A stretch of DNA of 10,858 bases. Origin: an uncultured Pseudomonadota bacterium. Its GTDB lineage: Bacteria > BMS3Abin14. The stretch covers positions 1-10,858 of the forward strand of contig CAYVSA010000064.1 of assembly GCA_964454175.1 (NCBI GenBank), in the 5' to 3' direction. Below are positions 1 to 6,765 of the stretch, piece after piece. Within the stretch, counting starts at the first letter, position 1. Each line of letters opens with the position of its first letter. The position numbers and the translations under genes are program-made. Under the pieces are notes generated by a model. It saw only the letters and a list, made by a program, of their open reading frames with translations, made no database searches and was not told where the DNA came from.

Positions 1-531
1 AGAGGGACAGAATGACGGCCGGAAACGATACATAAGCGCGAGGAGCGTGACTCCGCCACGCGGCAGCCACTGAACCAGCGTCTTTTCTTTAGCCTTGAAG
101 ATCGTCATGGCTACGTTGTAGACGAACAGGAGAGCGGCGATGACCACCAGTATGTCCAGTGCGGGCGGGATCTCCAGAAGTGGCGTACCCTGTGTCCACC
201 CGAAAAGGAACCCGATAACAGCCGTTACCGCCGTCCCGGCGAAGACTACCAGCTGCACGTACCCGATTTTGGTACTGAAAAGCTCCCCTTTTGTTTCAAC
301 CGGCAGGATGAAGTAAGCACCTCCCATGAAACCGAGAAGCATCCAGGCAACCAGGAGGTTTGTGTGAATGGCCCTTGACGTGGCGAAAGAGAAAACATCC
401 ACCAGCGACTGCGGCAGGGCAAATGCGTAGTTGATAGCCAGCCATATGCCCATAATTACCTGGAGAACGAACAGGACCAGAGACAGCGCCATGTATGGAA
501 AGGCAACTTTTTGGCTTTCGTACTGGATCAT
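1..531 (-). CDS. norB: Nitric oxide reductase large subunit NorB (cNOR, heme-copper oxidase superfamily), N-terminal 177 codons, truncated by the window edge
   Basis: Not in the ORF track because it has no stop in the window. Manual translation from ATG at 531 (SD AAAGGAGG just upstream, overlapping the norC stop): MIQYESQKVAFPYMALSLVLFVLQVIMGIWLAINYAF...FSFATSRAIHTNLLVAWMLLGFMGGAYFILPVETKGELFS...GWTQGTPLLEIP. This matches the NorB N-terminus (Y-x-SQ, R-x-x-HTN heme b ligand, W-x-L-x-GFMG-x-AY). Directly downstream of norC. Confidence 0.93.
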   Translation of the reverse strand, partial: MIQYESQKVAFPYMALSLVLFVLQVIMGIWLAINYAFALPQSLVDVFSFATSRAIHTNLLVAWMLLGFMGGAYFILPVETKGELFSTKIGYVQLVVFAGTAVTAVIGFLFGWTQGTPLLEIPPALDILVVIAALLFVYNVAMTIFKAKEKTLVQWLPRGGVTLLALMYRFRPSFCPS

Positions 532-545
532 TTTCACCACCTCCT

Positions 546-1241
546 TTACTTAAGGCTCAGTATGAAATCGGCGATGACCCCTGCAGTTTCTCTGGAGACG
601 TCCTGCGCCGGCATTCCGACATTCGGGTTAACGGATTCGGGATCCAGAATAAACCTGACCAGGGTCTCCCTGTCGTAGTCTATATCCTGGGCAATATCGT
701 TGAAATCACCTGCGACATCTCTTCCCTGGTTCTCAAAGGAGTGGCAGCCGCCGCAGACGCCAAGGACGACGTCAGTCTTTGATGGCAGCTTCTTGCCCGA
801 TTCCCTGGCACGGTAGGCCGTCACGTACTTTTCGTCCTGGGGCGGCCAATGCCTGTTCTCGATGTTGCCCACCCACTTGAAGAAATCGACGAGCCTTTCA
901 GCCTCCTCGTGTGTGACTCCCAGGTTTGGCATCTTCCTGAAGGAATCCTTGTAGACCTTCTCAGGCGCGGTGACTATGGAAATGATATTGCTGCGGCCAA
1001 GACGGAAGTACGCCTTGGTCATATCTGGTGCGTAGTACCCTCCAAACCCCAGAATCGTGTGGCAGTCGTTGCAGTTGTACTTCTTCCACACGTTCTTCCC
1101 TGCAATGACATCCTCGGTGAGATCGCTCACGTGAGTGAACTTCTCCTGTTTTCGGTGAAAATCCACGGTGAGGATGAGGAATATCAGGGCTGACACCAGT
1201 GTCCCGAAGAAAAAGATAACGAAAGCGGATCTTCGTGACAT
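546..1241 (-). CDS. norC: Nitric oxide reductase cytochrome c subunit NorC, diheme variant with an extra C-terminal cytochrome c domain
   Basis: N-terminal TM anchor, NorC-like G-x-x-VW-x-x-x-NCNDCHTILGFGGYYAPDMT and RKMP axial Met; second motif CGGCH (741-755) followed by LDP...GMP; SD AAAGGAGG upstream; adjacent to norB. Confidence 0.9.
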   Translation of the reverse strand: MSRRSAFVIFFFGTLVSALIFLILTVDFHRKQEKFTHVSDLTEDVIAGKNVWKKYNCNDCHTILGFGGYYAPDMTKAYFRLGRSNIISIVTAPEKVYKDSFRKMPNLGVTHEEAERLVDFFKWVGNIENRHWPPQDEKYVTAYRARESGKKLPSKTDVVLGVCGGCHSFENQGRDVAGDFNDIAQDIDYDRETLVRFILDPESVNPNVGMPAQDVSRETAGVIADFILSLK

Positions 1242-1331
1242 GTTCCCCTCCTTTCAGCTTGCTGTGAATGAGAATTGGATAGAACTCTTCCTTGATATAG
1301 TCTTTATCTAGCAAACCTTCTAAAGAGGGGC

Positions 1332-1347
1332 TTTGACGTGGGTCAAA
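1332..1347. promoter_or_regulatory. Crp/Fnr-family (DNR/NnrR/HcpR-type) binding site upstream of norCB
   Basis: Perfect palindrome TTTGAC-GTGG-GTCAAA (TTGAC-N4-GTCAA) centred ~98 bp upstream of the norC ATG; matches the TTGAY-N4-RTCAA box used by NO-responsive Crp/Fnr regulators. Confidence 0.8.
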
Positions 1348-1433
1348 AGTTCAGTTTCCTGCCTGACACTTAAAAGTAAAAAATCGCATATTTACCTGAA
1401 AAAATGATCATCTGATATTTTATTAAAAGACAC

Positions 1434-1450
1434 TGCACAGCATTTGTGCC
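1434..1450. promoter_or_regulatory. Possible NtrC-like enhancer (UAS) for the sigma54 promoter at 1714
   Basis: TGCAC-AGCATTT-GTGCC resembles TGCAC-N7-GTGCA; ~270 bp upstream of the -24/-12 element, with an AT-rich tract in between. Confidence 0.35.
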
Positions 1451-1713
1451 ATCTATGACATAATTTTAGGCATTTTATTATAAGTTCTGGAAGTTAAAGG
1501 GGTTTTTTTGTACCTGAACTGGCACACAGGTGCTGAACCCTGCTATTTCCGGGAAATACCGTGTAAAGTATACAGTCGACCTGACTGCACTTCGTGAAAT
1601 CCCATTAGTCCCTTTATCCTAACGCTCTGTAATATAAAGAAAATATCTTTTAAAACACATTTTTAAATTTTCATGCATGACTGCGGGTAATTTCGACAGA
1701 CCGATCCAGAACA

Positions 1714-1728
1714 TGGCACGGACCTTGC
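1714..1728 (+). promoter_or_regulatory. Sigma54 (RpoN) -24/-12 promoter
   Basis: TGGCAC-GGACC-TTGC is a perfect match to TGGCAC-N5-TTGC (GG-N10-GC); predicted +1 near 1740, upstream of ORF 1820. Confidence 0.8.
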
Positions 1729-1819
1729 CATATAGCCAGGTAAGAGCACGATCCTGAACAGGCACCACCCTCAGGATCAACATTTAACAGCAGCAGAAAC
1801 ACTAGCAAGGAGGAACATC

Positions 1820-2035
1820 ATGAAAGGGATCGTACACGCAGACGGAACGTTGGCTGGAATCAGAAGAGTTGGCGGAACATCAGGAAAACCCTTCGCCACT
1901 ACCGTCAAAACCGTGGCGACCGACCTCCTGAACCTTTCCATATTCGTCAGATATCAGCGGGCCGAAGCAGAGAATAACTACTACCATCGCGACTACTATC
2001 TGAGAAAGTTTCAGACTGAGGCAGCCACCAGGTAA
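1820..2035 (+). CDS. Small hypothetical protein (71 aa)
   Basis: Strong SD AAGGAGG a few nt before the ATG, perfect sigma54 promoter upstream, hairpin plus T-run downstream. No recognisable domain. Confidence 0.62.
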   Translation: MKGIVHADGTLAGIRRVGGTSGKPFATTVKTVATDLLNLSIFVRYQRAEAENNYYHRDYYLRKFQTEAATR

Positions 2036-2065
2036 GTAATAACCATGGCAACCCTCCATGGCAGT

Positions 2066-2119
2066 TGGGGGCAAGCTGTCAGGGAAGGCGCAGGACCTTC
2101 CCTGCAGCTCCTCCATTTT
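2066..2119 (+). terminator. Long GC-rich hairpin followed by TTTT; probable terminator of the small-ORF transcript
   Basis: Core stem CAGGGAAGG (2080-2088) / CCTTCCCTG (2096-2104), extendable with small bulges to 2066/2115, then TTTT. Confidence 0.55.
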
Positions 2120-2257
2120 CAGACTGACTAGAACCCTTACGATCTATTACGCCCCCACACGTAACCGCCTCAGCAAGATGCAAAGGCAACGGCAATCTGA
2201 AGGGCTGATGCAGCTTCCTGTGCTCCCCGAAGTCATCAAATACTCTCTGATTTTCCC

Positions 2258-2286
2258 TTGCTTTCAGAAGCCTGCCAATATAACAT
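2258..2286 (+). promoter_or_regulatory. Putative sigma70 promoter for the carboxylase operon
   Basis: TTGCTT (2258-2263), 17-nt spacer, TAACAT (2281-2286); predicted +1 near 2292, where the structured leader begins. Confidence 0.45.
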
Positions 2287-2291
2287 TCAGC

Positions 2292-2460
2292 GTCCCCGGA
2301 AATAGAGCCAGCCATCCTCAGGATGGATTCGAAAGAGGCCCTGTCCGGGCCTTGGGCAACCATCATTATCGAAGTGCAGCGAAGAGCGTCGCGAAGGGCA
2401 AAGCGCGCGGTGTCGCAATTAATTCAACCCGGAGTCACTTCGATTCAGGACGGGGTTGGT
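2292..2460 (+). ncRNA. Candidate structured 5' leader RNA of unknown class
   Basis: Several nested helices: CCCGG/CCGGG (2295-2299/2345-2349), CCATCC/GGATGG, a GAAA-capped short stem, perfect ATCGAAGTG/CACTTCGAT (2368-2376/2436-2444), and an alternative hairpin 2424-2459. No match to a riboswitch family I can recognise. Confidence 0.3.
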
Positions 2461-2485
2461 AGTTAGTAGTTAAAGGAGATACAAG

Positions 2486-3949
2486 GTGAGCGAGATCAAG
2501 AAAATCGAGAGGCTATTGGTCGCCAACAGGGGGGTTTCTGCTGTCAGGGTTATGCATACGTGCCGTGACCGGAAGATCCCTACTACTGCCGTCTACAGTA
2601 CTCCCGACCGCCTGGGCCACCACGTTTTCATGGCGGAAAAAGCTGTCCACATCGGTGAGGCGCCTCCTGCTGATTCCTACCTTAACATGGAGAACATTCT
2701 GCGGGCAGCATTTGAGTCCGGCGCCAACGCCATTCACCCCGGATGGGGGTTCCTTGCCGAGAACGCCGAGTTCGCCCAGATGGTCCTTGATGCAGGGTTG
2801 ATATGGGTGGGACCTCAGCCTGAGGTTATCCGGAATATGGGGGATAAGGCCCTGGCCCGGAAAGCGGCCCAGAAAGCCGGCGTTCCCACGATACCAGGAA
2901 GGGAGGAAGTCACTTCGGCTGCCGATGTCCTGTCCTGGATGACCGAATCGGGAGTGGACTACCCTGTTATGATCAAAGCTGCATCCGGCGGAGGAGGACG
3001 TGGTCTCGTGCGAGTGGATCGGGCCGAGGGCCTTGAACAGGCTCTGTCCCAGGCTAGTTCCGAAGCGGAAAAAGCCTTCGGCAGCGGAAGCCTCATCCTG
3101 GAAAAATTCATCCAGAACGCCAGACATATTGAAGTCCAGATCCTGGCTGACAAACTGGGTAACCTCGTCCATCTGTACGAACGCGAGTGCACCATCCAGA
3201 GGCGCAACCAGAAAGTCCTTGAAGAAGCACCATCTCCCTGCCTGGACAACGATCTGCGCATGGAGATCTGCGGCCAGGCCGTAAAGCTGATGAGTTCAAT
3301 TGGCTACCAGTCTGCGGGGACCGTGGAATTTATCTTCGACACCGATACACGAAAATACTATTTCCTGGAAGTCAACACCAGGCTGCAGGTGGAGCACGGC
3401 ATAACAGAACTTACGACCGGTCACGATCTCGTCAACTTGATGCTCGACGTTGCTGAAGGCAGGCCGCTGCACATCAACCAGGACAACGTCAAGCCAAACC
3501 GCTGGGCCATAGAGGTCAGACTCAATGCCGAGGACCCCGAGACCTTCGGCCCTTCCTTCGGAACCATAACGAGACTTCGCACACCCGATGGCCCTAACCT
3601 TCGTGTGGCTACAGGTGTCTACCACGGTGCTTCAGTACCCCCCTACTACGATTCGCTTTTGATGCTGATAATGAGTGCCGGACACGACAGGGAGGACGCC
3701 CTTAACGTTATGGACCGGGCTCTGGGACGAAGCCTCAGGGTTGAAGGCGTAAAAACCTTAAAACCCCTTCTGATGTCCATCATCCGCGACCCTGCCTTCC
3801 GGTCCGGCGAATTCACTACCAGATTTATTGAGGAGAACCACCAGGATCTCGTACAGACCTTCAGGGAACCGGGAACAGAGGATGAGCTCCTGAAGATAGC
3901 AAAATATCTTGCTGAGGTTTCTGCTCTGGGACCGCGGTCCTGGGTGTGA
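2486..3949 (+). CDS. pycA: Biotin carboxylase subunit (PycA/AccC-like) of a two-subunit biotin-dependent carboxylase
   Basis: LLVANRG, HPGWGFLAEN, MGDK, KAASGGGGRG, RHIEVQ, ERECTIQRRNQK, FLEVNTRLQVEH, RLNAEDP and YYDS motifs; GTG start with SD AAAGGAG. The symbol reflects architecture; the substrate is unconfirmed. Confidence 0.92.
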   Translation: MSEIKKIERLLVANRGVSAVRVMHTCRDRKIPTTAVYSTPDRLGHHVFMAEKAVHIGEAPPADSYLNMENILRAAFESGANAIHPGWGFLAENAEFAQMVLDAGLIWVGPQPEVIRNMGDKALARKAAQKAGVPTIPGREEVTSAADVLSWMTESGVDYPVMIKAASGGGGRGLVRVDRAEGLEQALSQASSEAEKAFGSGSLILEKFIQNARHIEVQILADKLGNLVHLYERECTIQRRNQKVLEEAPSPCLDNDLRMEICGQAVKLMSSIGYQSAGTVEFIFDTDTRKYYFLEVNTRLQVEHGITELTTGHDLVNLMLDVAEGRPLHINQDNVKPNRWAIEVRLNAEDPETFGPSFGTITRLRTPDGPNLRVATGVYHGASVPPYYDSLLMLIMSAGHDREDALNVMDRALGRSLRVEGVKTLKPLLMSIIRDPAFRSGEFTTRFIEENHQDLVQTFREPGTEDELLKIAKYLAEVSALGPRSWV

Positions 3950-3958
3950 GGAATTATT

Positions 3959-5980
3959 ATGAGTGAAATGATCAGGTTCAAGACAGGCATGACACCGGCC
4001 CAGATCGTCAACAACGCACGTGCCCTGCCCGGAGTGGCCTTTACCTCAACCGGCATGAGGGACGCCGGCCAGTCGGATTTTAAAAACAGGCTGCGTATCC
4101 ACGACCTTGCTACCATGGCTCACAGCTACGAGGACATGGGGCTTTTCAGCGCCGAAGTCCACGGGGGGGCACGATGGCACGTGGGTATACTCAACAGGAG
4201 GGAGAGTCCATTCGAGGAAACAGCCATACTCCGGGAAAAGATGCCGAATGTCCTTCTCCAGACACTGGTCAGGGAGACAAATCTATGGGGTTATCGGCCA
4301 TACCCTAAAAACGTTATCGAGTACGTTGTGGAGCGTGTTGACGTAGACATCTGGCGCTGTTTTTCCTTCCTGAACGACGTACGTAATATGCGAACGATCT
4401 GCGAAGTCGTCATGAAGCGCGGCCTGCTGTTCCAGCCATCCGTATCATTTACCCAATCTGACTGGGCGTCAAATGAATACTACCTTGATGTCGCAGAGGA
4501 TATCGTGAACCTTTGCGGCGGTGTTGACGAGATGATCTTCTGCATCAAGGACATGGCGGGAGTAGGGAGCCCCGAACGGATCAGGGAACTTGTGGACGCT
4601 CTCTTGCAGAAGTACCCCGAGATGGTAATTCAGTATCACCGCCACGCAACGGACGGTCTCGCACTACCAGCCCTGCTGGCATCGGCTCAGGCCGGCGCAA
4701 AGCTCCTTGACGCCCAGGAGGACTCGCTGACCAGGTTCTACGGGCAGGCCCCCATCCTCTCCCTCCAGGCATACCTGGAAGAGGCAGGGATCGATGTTCA
4801 GCTCAACAGGCCCGAAGCAGAGGCGGCGGTACAAAAGGCAAGGGAGTGGGTGCGCCAGTACGGTTGGGCTGAGTCACCCTTCAAGGGTTTTGATCACTCA
4901 GTCGTACAGCACAGGATGCCGGGCGGGGCATTTCCCAGTTCTTTCGAACAAGCCGAAAAAGGCGGTTTCCTTCACCTCATGCCGCAGGTCCTGAAGGTCA
5001 TGTCCCTTTACAACAATATCATCAAGTACTTTGACGTCACTCCCGGTTCGCAGATCACATGGGTTACCTGCAGTGGAACCGTCAACAGGTACGCAGCAGA
5101 GTTCGGTCTGGCCGGAGTCAACAGGCTCATTGCTCTCCTCACTCGTTTCGTGGAGGAAGTGGACCAGGACCTTGAGAGGCTCAGCCCCGAGGAAAAAGCA
5201 GAGCTTATGGAGTTTTTCCACACCGCACCGGGTGATTTTCACAACCTGCTCATGGGACGGTACGGAAAGCTGCCCGCAGGATGGCCCGACGACTGGGTCT
5301 ACGAGAGCGCATTCCAGGATCAGTGGCGCGAACGGATCGTCGAGAGGGTTGCCGACTCTCCCCTTGACTCCGTCAAGGACGAGGACCTGGATGCCACCAG
5401 GGCAGACCTTACCGCCAAATTGGGTTGGGAGCCTTCTGAAGAGGAGTTCATACTCTACCTGATGCACCCCAAAGACACCTCGGAAATGTTTCAGTTCAGG
5501 GAGGATTATGGTGAAGCACCCCTGGTCCTGCCGACAAAGGTCTGGCACTCGGGCCTGTCCAGTCCGGGTGAGAGTGTTGAGTTTTACCTGCGGGACAAAC
5601 CTCATACAGTTGAACTTATATCCGTAGGTGAAGAGTTCGAGGGATATATTCCAGTAGTCCTCAAGATCAACAACCAGACAAAGGTATTCACGGTGGAAAC
5701 ACCCCGCGTGATCAAAGTCGAGGTCCGTATGGCAAGGACGGAGGTCGAAGTGGGATCACCCATCACCGGGTCCGTCTGGCGTCTCGGCAACCCGAAGCGC
5801 GGCGATATCGACGTTGGCGACATCATCCACGAGGGTGAAGAAATAGCCAATATCGAGGCCATGAAGATGGAAAACGCAATCACTGCACCTTTCGACGGCC
5901 GTATTGCCGAAATATGCACCGGCCTCAATGAACACGTGATCGAAAACCAGCTTCTGTTTATTCTGGAAAGAGAGAACTGA
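3959..5980 (+). CDS. pycB: Carboxyltransferase plus biotin-carrier subunit (pyruvate carboxylase subunit B / OadA-like fold), divergent
   Basis: RDAGQS, IKDMAG, HxH (HRH), MPGG and VTPGSQ motifs of the DRE-TIM carboxyltransferase domain; C-terminal biotinyl domain with EAMKME; 9 nt downstream of the BC gene. The symbol reflects architecture; the substrate is unconfirmed. Confidence 0.88.
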   Translation: MSEMIRFKTGMTPAQIVNNARALPGVAFTSTGMRDAGQSDFKNRLRIHDLATMAHSYEDMGLFSAEVHGGARWHVGILNRRESPFEETAILREKMPNVLLQTLVRETNLWGYRPYPKNVIEYVVERVDVDIWRCFSFLNDVRNMRTICEVVMKRGLLFQPSVSFTQSDWASNEYYLDVAEDIVNLCGGVDEMIFCIKDMAGVGSPERIRELVDALLQKYPEMVIQYHRHATDGLALPALLASAQAGAKLLDAQEDSLTRFYGQAPILSLQAYLEEAGIDVQLNRPEAEAAVQKAREWVRQYGWAESPFKGFDHSVVQHRMPGGAFPSSFEQAEKGGFLHLMPQVLKVMSLYNNIIKYFDVTPGSQITWVTCSGTVNRYAAEFGLAGVNRLIALLTRFVEEVDQDLERLSPEEKAELMEFFHTAPGDFHNLLMGRYGKLPAGWPDDWVYESAFQDQWRERIVERVADSPLDSVKDEDLDATRADLTAKLGWEPSEEEFILYLMHPKDTSEMFQFREDYGEAPLVLPTKVWHSGLSSPGESVEFYLRDKPHTVELISVGEEFEGYIPVVLKINNQTKVFTVETPRVIKVEVRMARTEVEVGSPITGSVWRLGNPKRGDIDVGDIIHEGEEIANIEAMKMENAITAPFDGRIAEICTGLNEHVIENQLLFILEREN

Positions 5981-6007
5981 TGGACCGGATCAAGGTATGA
6001 ACCGAAT

Positions 6008-6041
6008 AAAAGAGCCGGTCTGTTCAAGATCGGCTCTTTTT
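6008..6041. terminator. Bidirectional intrinsic terminator
   Basis: AAAAGAGCCGGTCT-GTTCA-AGATCGGCTCTTTTT: stem with an A-run before and a T-run after, between convergent ORFs. Confidence 0.85.
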
Positions 6042-6066
6042 CATTAATGCTGAAGATTAGCGTTTT

Positions 6067-6303
6067 TCAGGCCGATCTCTTCTTCGAACCAAGCTTGTTT
6101 ATCCAGCGCCTCAATATGGTGACTTCCTTTCCCCCGACTGCCGATGGAACAGCCGTGACTGGCGGGTGCCAGTGAAACGTCATCTTTGGACAGGCACTAG
6201 CACCTGCCCCCATATACAATGGTATGCCTCTCTTGCCGGCATGGCCCGTAACTCTTTCATAAACCGCCTCATACAATCTTTTCGCATGTCTGATCAGTCC
6301 CAT
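6067..6303 (-). CDS. Small basic hypothetical protein (78 aa)
   Basis: SD GAGGAG 9 nt before the ATG, sigma54 motif ~75 bp upstream on the same strand, stop just before the bidirectional terminator. No recognisable domain. Confidence 0.5.
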   Translation of the reverse strand: MGLIRHAKRLYEAVYERVTGHAGKRGIPLYMGAGASACPKMTFHWHPPVTAVPSAVGGKEVTILRRWINKLGSKKRSA

Positions 6304-6376
6304 GGTGACCGCTCCTCATTAAATATGAAAGTTACTTATCGGGACCGTTCCGGTTAACGGCGCCTGGGAAGTTTTT

Positions 6377-6392
6377 AGCAACAACTGTGCCG
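6377..6392 (-). promoter_or_regulatory. Sigma54 (RpoN) -24/-12 promoter
   Basis: Minus strand reads CGGCAC-AGTTG-TTGCT (GG-N10-GC, one mismatch to TGGCAC-N5-TTGCW); points toward ORF 6303..6067. Confidence 0.7.
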
Positions 6393-6495
6393 TCAATATG
6401 TAGAAAGTTAATTTCAACGGGCAACACGAAGGGTAAAATCACCGACAACCTGGATCCCTCTAGCGGGCTGGCCTGATTTGCATAATTAATAACCA

Positions 6496-6508
6496 TAACT
6501 CACTGTTT
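6496..6508 (-). promoter_or_regulatory. Possible IHF site
   Basis: Minus strand AAACAG-TGAG-TTA, one mismatch to WATCAR-N4-TTR, in an AT-rich tract upstream of the sigma54 promoter. Confidence 0.3.
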
Positions 6509-6765
6509 TAACAGTTATTTACAACTTCCAGCCAAGATCGGGATCAACGCAGCAGCCGGCGCCATTAAGTACTTTTTCTTTATTAACTAACCGTATCGCA
6601 CTCTATCCGGTCATCCAGTAGAGTGCCTGCCAGAGAAATAGTGTGTTATTATTACAACAGTACTTGGCGGTTGGTGTATTTTTGCAACACTCACGCAGTT
6701 ATTTTTGCCTTTCAAATCCATAATCGTGTCTTTAACTTTAACCTGACATCGATTAATGTGTCCTT

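Noticed and set aside
1..70. NorB translation turns atypical at the edge (WLPRGG...MYRFRPSFCPS) where a hydrophobic helix is expected
   Set aside because: The frame stays open; more likely low-quality terminal sequence than pseudogenisation, and it cannot be judged without flanking sequence.
1520..1534. TGGCACACAGGTGCT sigma54-like motif
   Set aside because: GG-to-GC spacing is 9 rather than the required 10.
2043..2063. CCATGGCA direct repeat (two copies, 13-nt period)
   Set aside because: Too short and too few copies to be an array or a functional repeat.
2265..2361. Fragments resembling a B12 box (CAGAAGCCTGCC) and the SAM-I GGCAACC motif
   Set aside because: The remaining conserved cores of the cobalamin and SAM-I riboswitches are absent.
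2058..2462. Overlapping ORFs 2058-2462 (+), 2079-2366 (-) and 1880-2116 (-)
   Set aside because: No convincing SD or protein-like features; they run through a terminator, a promoter and the leader.
2513..5605. Long antisense ORFs 2513-3172, 3646-4116 and 4898-5605
   Set aside because: Shadow ORFs opposite well-supported GC-rich genes.
6154..6368. CGTGACTGGCG ... CGCCTGGG, resembling the ZTP (pfl) riboswitch ends
   Set aside because: The halves are ~200 nt apart, the P2 element is missing, no purine or folate gene follows, and the region overlaps the minus-strand ORF.
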